DNA of 64,000 nt, from positions 6,028 through 70,027 of the forward strand of contig JAQVIV010000001.1 in the NCBI GenBank assembly GCA_028695445.1, in the 5' to 3' direction. Origin of the DNA: Candidatus Shapirobacteria bacterium (lineage in GTDB: Bacteria; Patescibacteriota; Microgenomatia; 0-14-0-10-38-17). Of this stretch, positions 20,413 to 29,881 are shown piece after piece (position 1 is the stretch's first letter; the number at the start of each line of letters is the position of its first letter). Made by a program: the position numbers and the translations under genes. The notes below the pieces were generated by a model. The model did not search any database. It was not told the origin of the DNA and worked only from the letters and a program-made list of their open reading frames with translations.

Positions 20413-20487
20413 TGGTGCGCCTGCTTGGATTCGAACCAAGGACATCTACTTTATAAGAGTAGCGCTCTACCATTGAGCTACAGGCGC
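20413..20487 (-). tRNA. tRNA with TAT anticodon (predicted tRNA-Ile decoding AUA), CCA encoded
   Basis: Reverse-complement cloverleaf. Acceptor gcgcctg/caggcgc; D gctc/gagc; anticodon stem ctact/agtag; loop ctTATaa; T arm cttgg-ttcgaat-ccaag; terminal CCA. Confidence 0.6.
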
Positions 20488-20554
20488 GCTCTTGCCAACT
20501 AAAGTTACTGATCCCAAAAGATTAGTCCTTTATATTATACTCCACAAGATTGGA

Positions 20555-22897
20555 TCACAGCTTCGCCCGCCTGGCTACCTGGGCCTCTATTAGGGCCCTG
20601 TCTTGAGCATATTTGAGCCGAGATAACTCAGTAATATTTTTGGCCAATTCCCAATTATCAAGAGCCTTTTCTTTGGCCATATCTTTGGTCAAATCAAGAG
20701 AAAATGGCGGCACCGGCTCATTATTAACAATAGTTTTAACATAGGCATTAAATCTTTCGATATTTAAAAGGTCGTTTTCAGAAAAATCCGGTTGGAGCTC
20801 GTGTTGAAGATAAGAAGCATCGGCCACCCCTACTCGAAAAGAAACCAGAGTGCCGACATTGCCAAAAACAGCATTTTTAACCTCTTCGTCCATCTGGCCA
20901 ATAAATTGGTTGGCTACTGTCAGATTAAGGTGATACTTTCTAGCCTCAGATAAAATTTGGGCAAAATCGGGAGTAGCAAAATTCTGAAATTCATCAACAT
21001 AAAGATAAAAATCACGCCGGTTGTCTTCAGGAATATCCTGCCGACTCATGGCGGCAATTAACAATTTAGGAATTAATACCAAGCCCAAAAAGCTTGAATT
21101 TTCCTCACCGATTTTACCCTTAGCTAAATTAATCAACAAGATTTTACCCTCATCCATCACCTTTCTAAAATCAAAGGCTGATTGTGATTGGCCGATAATG
21201 TTGCGCATCATGCTGTCGGTAACAAAACGGCCAAATTTGGAAACAATATAATCTAAAACTTCACTCTTGTGAAAATCGCTAGTTTGGGCAATTTGATCAG
21301 TCCAATAGCGGCGAACCATCGGATCCTTAAGTTTGGGCAGTAATTCCCGAACATAAGAAGCGTCAGTCAGAGCACGAACCACCTCAACAAAAGTCGCTCC
21401 TGGCTCAGTCATCACCGTTAACATGGCATTTCTAATGGCATGTTCAAACCGAGGGCCAATAATACCAGTCTTATAAGGATCATAAAGCTTGTACATTAGG
21501 TTAATAATTGAAGAAACCACAAAGTTTTTTTGCTCCTCGGTGTAGGCCTCTAAAAGATTAAGGCCCATAGGGCGGCTGGTATCGGAAGGATCAAAATAAA
21601 TAACATCTTCTGCTCGTTCAGCCGGGATTCTCGGCAAAATCTTTTCGATAGTATCATGAGGATCAATAAAACAAACCCCCTTGCCTTCTTCGATGTCCTG
21701 AACGATCATTTGTTTTAATAACTCCGACTTACCGGTGCCGGTTTTACCAATAATATAAACATGGCGGCGGCGATCGTCTTCAGAAAGACAAACCGACCGG
21801 ATTTCGCCCCGATGAACGCTTTTCCCCAGATAAAGACCGCTTTTAGGTACTTCGGGCGGCACTGGAGCTCTTTTGGCATTAAGCCAAGCGATATTGGGTG
21901 TTTCCACCGTCTTATTGGGTAGATGAAAAATTGTTGCTAATTCTGCCGAATTAAGAATAATTCTATTTTTATTTAACGGCCAAAGCGGCCGATAGCGGTA
22001 AATAAAATCAATCATAAAGGTTCTTTTCCACCAAATTTTCTTACTGCTAAAACCGTTTTGATCAGAGCTAAACTGAGACAAGGCGCTTTTAATCGAAGAC
22101 AAATGAGCCTTGGCCTGCTCAATACTTTTCGAACAAACCACCACCCTTAACTCAACTTCAAAACCGGGCCTAGAACATTTTTCATCAATCTGCTCCAGGG
22201 TTTTACTATCAACTTTAAATTCGGCTTTTTCAGGATCAGCTTCCTTTTTCTTGGTCGATGATAAAAAAGACCGGCCCAGCTTTTGCCACTTGCTCCCGGT
22301 AGGGGCAATCAAAATTTGAATAGCAACCCCCTCCCCCTCAATAAGCTTGGATAGGGTTGAGGCTAAAGAAGAAAGAGGATCAACAGAAAAATCCTGATAG
22401 GTTTTAATGGGATAAAAGGGTGAATTTTTAAACTCAAAAACGGCATAGGCGACCTTACTGTCTTTGCTAAAAATATTGTATTCGTCTACCCTCTTAATCA
22501 CTGCCGTCGGGTAAAGACCATAAATCTGGCGCTCTAAAAGATCAACTTTTTTTTGAGGAATAGCAAAATAAAAGCGAATGCTGTCCTGAGTACCAACAAT
22601 TTCGGCGGTAAAAAAAAATTTAGGCTTTAAAAAGGCCAATTTGCCGCCAACTTTTAAGGAGTGTAGGTTGGTAAAGAGTTGTTCGGCGGCATCAATTTTA
22701 ATTTCATTGTCACGGGGCAAGATTACTTGCAGTAAAACCAAATCCAAGGAGTGTTGTTCCCGATTCCTTTCTCGCCAAAGCAAAAACAAGAAATAGATTA
22801 AAAATCCCAATAGAAACAAGAAAAAAACCGCCGCTCCTCCCAAGACAAAATAACGAATTAACAAATAAAATAAATCATTAAGGCTGTTAATAATCAT
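20555..22897 (-). CDS. membrane-anchored P-loop ATPase of the VirD4/TraD coupling-protein / HerA-FtsK (DUF87-like) type
   Basis: N-terminal TM segment. Walker A 'IIGKTGTGKSELL', Walker B 'FYLYVDEFQNF', and 'ARKYHLNLTVANQ' arginine-finger region typical of T4SS coupling ATPases. Confidence 0.5.
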   Translation of the reverse strand: MIINSLNDLFYLLIRYFVLGGAAVFFLFLLGFLIYFLFLLWRERNREQHSLDLVLLQVILPRDNEIKIDAAEQLFTNLHSLKVGGKLAFLKPKFFFTAEIVGTQDSIRFYFAIPQKKVDLLERQIYGLYPTAVIKRVDEYNIFSKDSKVAYAVFEFKNSPFYPIKTYQDFSVDPLSSLASTLSKLIEGEGVAIQILIAPTGSKWQKLGRSFLSSTKKKEADPEKAEFKVDSKTLEQIDEKCSRPGFEVELRVVVCSKSIEQAKAHLSSIKSALSQFSSDQNGFSSKKIWWKRTFMIDFIYRYRPLWPLNKNRIILNSAELATIFHLPNKTVETPNIAWLNAKRAPVPPEVPKSGLYLGKSVHRGEIRSVCLSEDDRRRHVYIIGKTGTGKSELLKQMIVQDIEEGKGVCFIDPHDTIEKILPRIPAERAEDVIYFDPSDTSRPMGLNLLEAYTEEQKNFVVSSIINLMYKLYDPYKTGIIGPRFEHAIRNAMLTVMTEPGATFVEVVRALTDASYVRELLPKLKDPMVRRYWTDQIAQTSDFHKSEVLDYIVSKFGRFVTDSMMRNIIGQSQSAFDFRKVMDEGKILLINLAKGKIGEENSSFLGLVLIPKLLIAAMSRQDIPEDNRRDFYLYVDEFQNFATPDFAQILSEARKYHLNLTVANQFIGQMDEEVKNAVFGNVGTLVSFRVGVADASYLQHELQPDFSENDLLNIERFNAYVKTIVNNEPVPPFSLDLTKDMAKEKALDNWELAKNITELSRLKYAQDRALIEAQVARRAKL

Positions 22898-23289
22898 AGC
22901 TCGCTTTTGAAATTAACCTGATGGCCTAACATTTTAGTTACCCTCTTTGACCATTCTGATAACCAGCGCCAAGCCGACTCAATTGATTCTTTTAAACCGG
23001 CTCGATATTCAGTTAAAGTTAGGGGCAAAATAATCTTGGGGGGTTGGGCCTGAGGAGAAGTTACTATAATTTGGCCGGTTTGGTCATCCAAAACTTGATT
23101 AGTCAAAAAGTGATCTTCTTTTTCAATTTTTTCTAAATAACCATCCAGCTCTGGGGAGAGTTTTGGAAAATGACCAATTTCAATAATATTGGCCTTCTCC
23201 TCCCCAAGACTTTCTTGAGACAATCTTTGAGGCTCTCTTTCCTTGCTGGCAAAACCGGTTGGGCTAGTATCACCTGATGCCATCTTCAC
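22894..23289 (-). CDS. small acidic hypothetical protein, translationally coupled to the downstream ATPase
   Basis: 131-aa ORF. Its stop overlaps the ATPase start (ATGA). No recognizable motifs. Confidence 0.35.
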   Translation of the reverse strand: MKMASGDTSPTGFASKEREPQRLSQESLGEEKANIIEIGHFPKLSPELDGYLEKIEKEDHFLTNQVLDDQTGQIIVTSPQAQPPKIILPLTLTEYRAGLKESIESAWRWLSEWSKRVTKMLGHQVNFKSEL

Positions 23290-23330
23290 CTCATTGTAGC
23301 TTATCTTCCCAAGAAGATAAAGGGAAGGGG

Positions 23331-24059
23331 TTAAAAATCACCGCCTGCCTGAGGAATAATTGACTGGGCCGCCGCCAGCAAAGATCCAAGTTCTTGACCG
23401 GTAAAGGGAGGCAAACGATTAAACTTCTCGTCAAGACAATTTTGAGGAAGAAATTTTTGCAAACGCCAAACCAGGCTCTTGGGATTAATCTTATTTTTTA
23501 AAGCAAGACTTTTTATCTCTTTGGCCAAAAGGGTCAAATTTTTTGAATTATGAATTGTCGGCACCAGAGTCGTTCGCAATTGATAATCAAGACCGCTGGT
23601 GATAATTAAAGCCAAAGATTGAATAATTCTTTCATAACTAATTTTAGTTAACAAGGAATAATTTTTTTTATCTACTTTAATATCCATGGCAATAAAATCA
23701 ATCAACCTTTTACTGATTAAATCCTCTACCACCTCAGGCCTTCCGCCATTGGTATCCAGTTTTATTAAAAGGCCTTTATTTTTAATTTTTTGGCAAAAAG
23801 AAGCTAAATCCGGTTGAATGGTTGGTTCCCCACCGGTTAGGCAAACCCCATCTAAAATTTTTTGCCGTTTGTCTAAAAAATTAAAAAAATCCTTTTCCTT
23901 AATTTCTGATAAGGAAGACTTTTTAAATTTTTTTTTGAGAACCAGATCTTTATTATGGCAATAAGGACAAGAGAAGTTGCAGCCAACCGTAAAAATAGTG
24001 CAAGCCACCTTGCCGGGATAGTCGATTAAGGTTGTTTTCTGAAGACCACCTAGTAGCAT
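23331..24059 (-). CDS. nrdG: anaerobic ribonucleoside-triphosphate reductase activating protein (radical SAM)
   Basis: 'GCNFSCPYCHNKD' CxxxCxxC, 'LTGGEPT'. Confidence 0.8.
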   Translation of the reverse strand: MLLGGLQKTTLIDYPGKVACTIFTVGCNFSCPYCHNKDLVLKKKFKKSSLSEIKEKDFFNFLDKRQKILDGVCLTGGEPTIQPDLASFCQKIKNKGLLIKLDTNGGRPEVVEDLISKRLIDFIAMDIKVDKKNYSLLTKISYERIIQSLALIITSGLDYQLRTTLVPTIHNSKNLTLLAKEIKSLALKNKINPKSLVWRLQKFLPQNCLDEKFNRLPPFTGQELGSLLAAAQSIIPQAGGDF

Positions 24060-24085
24060 GAATAGAATTTCTAATTAGAACAATT

Positions 24086-24235
24086 TTATTTTCCGCTGTA
24101 CTCTTTCCTCATCTGATACTCGGACGCTTTGCCTTCGTTCCATTGGCTAACCGGACGCAAATAACCAACAATCCGGGAATAAACCTCGCAGGGGGTGCGA
24201 TCTTTTGGAGTTGCCTTGTTTTTCTTTTTAACCAT
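24086..24235 (-). CDS. 49-aa ORF encoding the NrdD C-terminal glycyl-radical domain (MVKKKNKATPKDRTPCEVYSRIVGYLRPVSQWNEGKASEYQMRKEYSGK)
   Basis: Hand-translated; not in the ORF track (<60 aa). 'RIVGYL...WN.GK..E...R' matches the class III RNR glycyl-radical loop (E. coli 'RVCGYLG..WNKGK'). SD 'GGAGG' 7 nt upstream of the ATG. Lies between truncated nrdD and nrdG. Confidence 0.55.
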   Translation of the reverse strand: MVKKKNKATPKDRTPCEVYSRIVGYLRPVSQWNEGKASEYQMRKEYSGK

Positions 24236-24484
24236 AATTTCACCTCCTCGAAATTAGTATTTAGTATTTAGAATATAGTATATAGAGTTAAAAAAATTTT
24301 AATTTTTAATTCCTAATCTCTAACTTTCTGCCCAAAAAGAACAGGTGGTTCGCGCGATAAATTGCGCTATTCTATTAGAGAAAGATAAAATAGCGAATTT
24401 TAATTCGCGCATTTGACACGAACCGGAAATCCGCTACTACAAAACAATAAAGCAATTCAGCAATTTAACAGTTTAGCAATTTAG

Positions 24485-26545
24485 CTACTTCTCCTTATAC
24501 CCTATTTCTTCGTCGCACCTAGGACAAAATTGCCACTCGCCTGACAAATAACCATGCTTTGGACAAACAGAAAAGGTTGGGGTAATGGAAAAATAAGGCA
24601 GTTTATAATTGGCTGTTACTTTTTGGAGCAGATTTTTAACGCTTTCGGTATCAGGCAAACTTTCCCCTAAAAAGCCATGGATGACAGTGCCACCCGTATA
24701 CTTACATTGTAATTCATCCTGATGATCCAGGGCCTCAAAAAGGTCGGTGGTGTAATCGACCGGCAAATGAGTCGAGTTGGTATAAAAAGGCGCTTCTTTC
24801 TTTTCTTGGTAATTTTTTTCATTAGCACAAATAATTTTGGGAAATTGCTCTTTATCCAGCCTGGCGAAACGATAGGCGGTGCTTTCCGCCGGTGTGGCTT
24901 CAAGATTAAACATTTCCCCAGTTTCTTGCTGGTAAATTAAAATTTTTTCCCGCATATAATCCATTACCTCTAAAGCAAAAGCTTGCCCTTCGGGGTCGGC
25001 AATATTTTTCCCCATCAAGTTAACCAAGGCCTCATTCATACCGTTTAAGCCAATGGTGTTAAAGTGGTTGCGCCAGTAAACTTTATTGCGCTGATAAATA
25101 TCAGATAAATAATGGCGGCAGTAGGGGTACAGGCCGTCGTGGGTAAATTTTTCCACCGCCTCTCTTTTAATTATCAGCGAATCTTTGGCCAAATCCATTA
25201 GACGGCCAAGGAGAGTAAAGAATTTTCTTTTGGCAAATCCCTCGGTTTTAGAGCTTGCTTTGGCCAAATAACCAATTCGAGGCAAGTTGATGGTAACCAC
25301 CCCCAAGGAACCGGTTAGGGGATTGGCAGCAAACAACCCGCCTCGCCGCCTTAATTCCCGATTATCTAAGCGCAAACGACAACACATACTTCGAGCATCG
25401 TCAGGATCCATATCAGAATTAACAAAATTAGAAAAATAGGGAATACCATATTTTCTGGTCATTTCCCAAACCGGCTCCAAATTTTTATTATTCCAATCGA
25501 AGTCCTTGGTAATTGAATAGGTTGGAATTGGGAAGGTAAAGACTCGCCCTTGAGCATCGCCCTCCATCATGGTTTCGGCAAAAGCTCGATTAATCATATC
25601 CATTTCTTTTTGAAAATCTTCATACTTATCTTGGGTTGGCTGGCCGGCAATAACAACCGTTTCCTCGCCGACCATTTTGGTAGGATGAATATCCAAAGAA
25701 ATATTGGAAAAGGGGGTTTGGAAGCCCACTCTGGTAGGAACATTCATATTAAAAACAAACTCTTGAAGAGCCTGTTTAACCTGTTTATAGGTTAGGTTGT
25801 CATAACGAACAAAAGGAGCCAAATAGGTATCAAAATTGGAGACTGCTACTGCTCCAGCCACCTCGCCTTGAATGGTATACATAAAATTAACAATCTGCCC
25901 TAGAGCCGAAGAAAGGTGCCTTGGAGGAGCACTGTTAACCTTGCCGGAAACGCCGCCAAATCCCTTAATTAAAAAGTCTTTTAAGTCCCAGCCGGTACAA
26001 TAGGCCGAAAGGGAAGACAAATCATGAATGTGAAGATCGCCTTGGCGATGAGCCTTTCTTACCTCTCGAGAATAAATTTTATTAAGCCAAAAATTGGCCG
26101 AAATTATACTGGCCACATGATTATTCAAGCCCTGTAAAGAATAGGTCATGTTGGCATTCTCCTTTACTCGCCAGTCGCCCTGATTAAGATATTTTTCTGT
26201 TAACTCATCGGCATCGACCAAACTGCTAACGCTTCTTAATTTTTGGTGAAGCTGACGATAAAGGGTGTAGGCGCTATGGACTTCTTCGTGAGCACGCCTT
26301 AATAGAGTCTGCTCAACAATATCTTGAACCTGTTCTACCTCGGGAGTAATGGAAGAATTAAACCGCTTCTCAAGTTCTAAAACCACCTCTTTGGTTAGGC
26401 GGCGAACCTCTTGAACATCATCTTTACCGGCAGCCTTAAAAGCGGCCTTAATCGCCCTTCCAATCTTATTAGGACTAAAGGCCACTATCCGGCCATTTCT
26501 TTTTTTGATCCTGGTAATTTTTGATTTTATTCCTCCTCTAACCAT
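24485..26545 (-). CDS. nrdD: anaerobic ribonucleoside-triphosphate reductase large subunit (class III RNR), ending right after the Zn ribbon
   Basis: N-terminal ATP-cone ('KITRIKKRNGRIVAFSPNKIGRAIKAA'), conserved class III core, C-terminal 'CPKH...CPRC' Zn site; stops 9 residues later, before the 'RxxGY' glycyl-radical loop. Confidence 0.85.
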   Translation of the reverse strand: MVRGGIKSKITRIKKRNGRIVAFSPNKIGRAIKAAFKAAGKDDVQEVRRLTKEVVLELEKRFNSSITPEVEQVQDIVEQTLLRRAHEEVHSAYTLYRQLHQKLRSVSSLVDADELTEKYLNQGDWRVKENANMTYSLQGLNNHVASIISANFWLNKIYSREVRKAHRQGDLHIHDLSSLSAYCTGWDLKDFLIKGFGGVSGKVNSAPPRHLSSALGQIVNFMYTIQGEVAGAVAVSNFDTYLAPFVRYDNLTYKQVKQALQEFVFNMNVPTRVGFQTPFSNISLDIHPTKMVGEETVVIAGQPTQDKYEDFQKEMDMINRAFAETMMEGDAQGRVFTFPIPTYSITKDFDWNNKNLEPVWEMTRKYGIPYFSNFVNSDMDPDDARSMCCRLRLDNRELRRRGGLFAANPLTGSLGVVTINLPRIGYLAKASSKTEGFAKRKFFTLLGRLMDLAKDSLIIKREAVEKFTHDGLYPYCRHYLSDIYQRNKVYWRNHFNTIGLNGMNEALVNLMGKNIADPEGQAFALEVMDYMREKILIYQQETGEMFNLEATPAESTAYRFARLDKEQFPKIICANEKNYQEKKEAPFYTNSTHLPVDYTTDLFEALDHQDELQCKYTGGTVIHGFLGESLPDTESVKNLLQKVTANYKLPYFSITPTFSVCPKHGYLSGEWQFCPRCDEEIGYKEK

Positions 26546-26738
26546 CTATACCACCAAAAACACCCTTTCCAAAAATTAATAAGATAAAAAGGGCCAATTT
26601 ATGGCCTATTTTGCCGGGGCAGGCAACCTCTTGTCAGTTCCATTTACTAGCAGGAACTGATCTTTTGGGGTCTTTGATAATAATCATTAAAGATCATCTT
26701 CACCTCTTGTGTCAACCACCAATTTCTGTATCAAAATA

Positions 26739-29666
26739 TTACTCCCACTGATCACAAACCATCTTAAAAGGACAAAAGTCGCACCAAAAACCAGGCTTGG
26801 GGGTAAAGTCACTTTGATTAATTTGTTCTATTGTTTTAACCAAGTTTTTTCTTGCTTGGGCTAGCTCCTGTCGAGTTTTTTTAACCGAAACCTTTTGACC
26901 GGTGGCTAAAAAATAAAAAGTTCCGGTTAAATTCTTAGGATCGGCTCCTAAAATGCCCCGATCGGCCGCCGCTAAAAGGTAAAGGTTCATCTGAAGGCTT
27001 TTGTTGGCTTGTTTTTGATCCAAAGGCTGACCAGTTTTATAGTCAATAATTTCCCAAGCATTTTGCCTCTTGTCAACCCGGTCAAAAACACCAGCAATTT
27101 TAATTTTTTCTGTTAAGAAAAAATTGAATTTCCTTTCTAAAAAATGAGGAAGATTATCTTGATTAAAATCTTCCTGATAAAAACGCTCTAGCATTGCTCG
27201 GCCCTCTTTAAAAAGGCGCTTTTCATGATGGAAAGAAGCGTAGCCAAAGGAAAGCCAATTAGCCTGATACAAATTCAATAAATCTTTCAGACCAGTCTTT
27301 CCCTTTGGGGCAGTTTTAAAAAATTGATGCAGGGTCTGATGAATAGTAATACCAAAGCTCTGAACTCCGCTAGGAGCAATGGGAATTTTTTGTAAATACT
27401 GATGGCGATATTGGGCCGGACAGTGCTCAAAAGCAGTGATTTGAGAAAAGGAAAAATGATCAATTGGCTGTTTGGCAACAAGAGGAGTCTCCGGCTCGAT
27501 TTTGACTGTTTTAAACTTCAACAAGGATAATTGATTGGTTTTGGGCGGCTGATGATCAACCGCCTCCCGACCCAAAGATTCATAAACAAAGGGGGAAATT
27601 CTCAAAGAGCGCTTCCCTTCGCCATAAACCCGGGAGGCGGTTAAAAAAAGCCTTTCTTTGGCCCGGGTCATACCAACATAAAAAAGCCGCCGTTCCTCTT
27701 GCTGGTGATAGTCTCCCTGAGGCAAGATTTCTCGAATTAGTTGATCTGGAATAGGAATTTGCTCCCTTCGACGATGGGTGGGAAAACGGCCAGAAACCAA
27801 ATTAACCAGAAAAACCACCCCAAACTCTAACCCCTTAGCTGAATGAACAGTCAAAATGTTAACTTTATCTTCTAGAAACCAATCGTCATTATTGGCCGCT
27901 GGCGACTCGCCCAAATCAAGAGCCAACCTTAACCAGCTAACAACCGAACGAAGACTGGCATCATCATGGTTCATCTCATAGACAGATAAACGGTCAAAAA
28001 ACTTGGCAATGTTGGCTACCCTCTTTTCCTCTCGAGGAGAATTAGCCTGAGTCAAACTTTTGAGCAAGCCGGAATCTTCCAAAAAATAAAAAAGGAGCTG
28101 ACCGGCACTTTTTTCTTTCGCTAACTCCCAATGACGATTAACCATTGTCAATAACTGGTCCAGTTTTTCTTGGGTTTCAAGAGAAAGAGAGGGCAGTCTG
28201 ACCTTATTAGCCTTGTTTTCATCCTGATCCAAAACCAGGTTAACCGCCTTAAACAAACTAACGGCGGTTTTTCGGGAAAAACTACCCAAAAGAGCCAAAT
28301 CTCGGCCAGACAAATTAATCGGCTGATGAGCCAGCAGGCGATAAAAAGAGGCATCATCCCCCGGATCAGCTAAAAAAAATAGATAAGCGATCAAATTTTT
28401 AATTTCTTCCTGGCGAAAAAGCTGGCCCGGTCCCAAAAACTGATAGGGAATCCCCATCCAGGAAAGAGCTTTCATAAAAGGACCGGCATGGTTATTGGCC
28501 CGAACCAAAATGGCAAAATCTGACCAGGCAAGCTTTGGCCTTTTTTCCTTTAAGGACTCAATAATTTTAGCCACTTCTTCTGCCTCAGAATTAACTTGAG
28601 CAGTATAAACAAATTCGACTCCCTCCCCTGAACCGGTAAGACTTTGCAGATTTTTATCAATGCCAAGCCTTGCTTCTAGAGTATCGGGGTTATTGTGCTG
28701 AATCAGTCGATAGGCGGCGTCTAAAATCTTTTGACCTGACCGATAATTTTTAGTTAAAACTATTGACTTGGCCTGTTTATAGTCGGCCATAAACTGCAAA
28801 ACATTAGACACCGCCGCACCTCGAAACCGATAAATCGACTGAGAGTCATCAGCCACCACCGAAAGGCCGGAGTTTTTATCGGGCGGAACCAAAAGTTTAA
28901 TTAGATGGTATTGGGCGATGTTGGTATCCTGAAACTCGTCAACCAAAAAAAATTTAAACTTATTTTGATAACCGGCCAAAACATTGGGCCGCCGACGAAA
29001 TAGTTTTAATGTTTGGGTAATTAAATCACCAAAATCCATTAAGCTTTCTTTTTGCTTTAAAGATTCATAATCCCAATAAGCCTGAGCCAACTCCAGGTGT
29101 TTTTTACTTTCTATTTTCACTTCTTTTTCTTTTAATTTTAAATTTTTAGCTTCGAATTGTTTGGCCCAAGCAAAATATTGCTTGGGGGTAATATCCTCAT
29201 CTTGCAGCCGAGAAAAATGATTTAAAAGACCAGTGATGAATCGATTGGGGTTGCCAAGGGGACGAAAGTAATCTAGATTCAAGTCGAATAGGTGATCGGT
29301 TAAAAATTGGACAGTTTCCGATTGACTCATCAAAACAAAGCCCGGGTCTAAACCTATAGCGGCCGCCTCATCTTTTAAGATGCGATCACAAAAGGCATGA
29401 AAAGTCATAATCCAGGCATCGGTATAACCATAGGGAAGGGCAATATCAACTCGCTCTTCCATCTCAAGAGCAGCCTTTTCAGTGAAAGTAAGAGCTAAAA
29501 TTTCTTCGGGAGAAGCTTGCTTTTTAGCAATTAAATATTTAATTTTTTCAGTAATAACAGTGGTTTTTCCTGTTCCGGCCCCCGCCACGATCAGCAAGGG
29601 CGAAGACAAATGTTCAACTGCTTGTTTTTGAGCCGAATTTAATTTCTTCGCTTCTTTTAACATCAC
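26739..29666 (-). CDS. UvrD-family helicase fused to a C-terminal RecB/Cas4-like PD-(D/E)XK nuclease with Fe-S cysteines (AddA-like helicase-nuclease)
   Basis: Walker A 'AGAGTGKTTVIT', 'VDEFQDTN'. C-terminal 'HCPAQYRHQYL', 'IIDYKTGQ', 'WCDFCPFKMVCD' nuclease/4-Cys motifs. No addB partner in the window. Confidence 0.7.
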   Translation of the reverse strand: MMLKEAKKLNSAQKQAVEHLSSPLLIVAGAGTGKTTVITEKIKYLIAKKQASPEEILALTFTEKAALEMEERVDIALPYGYTDAWIMTFHAFCDRILKDEAAAIGLDPGFVLMSQSETVQFLTDHLFDLNLDYFRPLGNPNRFITGLLNHFSRLQDEDITPKQYFAWAKQFEAKNLKLKEKEVKIESKKHLELAQAYWDYESLKQKESLMDFGDLITQTLKLFRRRPNVLAGYQNKFKFFLVDEFQDTNIAQYHLIKLLVPPDKNSGLSVVADDSQSIYRFRGAAVSNVLQFMADYKQAKSIVLTKNYRSGQKILDAAYRLIQHNNPDTLEARLGIDKNLQSLTGSGEGVEFVYTAQVNSEAEEVAKIIESLKEKRPKLAWSDFAILVRANNHAGPFMKALSWMGIPYQFLGPGQLFRQEEIKNLIAYLFFLADPGDDASFYRLLAHQPINLSGRDLALLGSFSRKTAVSLFKAVNLVLDQDENKANKVRLPSLSLETQEKLDQLLTMVNRHWELAKEKSAGQLLFYFLEDSGLLKSLTQANSPREEKRVANIAKFFDRLSVYEMNHDDASLRSVVSWLRLALDLGESPAANNDDWFLEDKVNILTVHSAKGLEFGVVFLVNLVSGRFPTHRRREQIPIPDQLIREILPQGDYHQQEERRLFYVGMTRAKERLFLTASRVYGEGKRSLRISPFVYESLGREAVDHQPPKTNQLSLLKFKTVKIEPETPLVAKQPIDHFSFSQITAFEHCPAQYRHQYLQKIPIAPSGVQSFGITIHQTLHQFFKTAPKGKTGLKDLLNLYQANWLSFGYASFHHEKRLFKEGRAMLERFYQEDFNQDNLPHFLERKFNFFLTEKIKIAGVFDRVDKRQNAWEIIDYKTGQPLDQKQANKSLQMNLYLLAAADRGILGADPKNLTGTFYFLATGQKVSVKKTRQELAQARKNLVKTIEQINQSDFTPKPGFWCDFCPFKMVCDQWE

Positions 29667-29881
29667 AGTCTAAATTATAACAAGAAGGCCAAACAAATTT
29701 GTAATCCAAAAAAAGACAGTCTTAAACCGGCGCTTCTCTTCTTTTGTTTTCTTGGAATAAATACGGTAAAGTATTTATTGCCCAAAACATCTGGACAAAG
29801 TAAGCTTTTATTCTTTTTTTAAAAAATACGATATCGTATTTTTTAAGACAAAAAACAAGGAAATCGAAAAAAGAGATTAAA

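Noticed and set aside
26546-26738. Looked for NrdR boxes upstream of nrdD
   Set aside because: No tandem 16-bp 'acacwatatatwgtgt'-like palindromes were seen. There is only a 7-bp hairpin (cagttcc...ggaactg).
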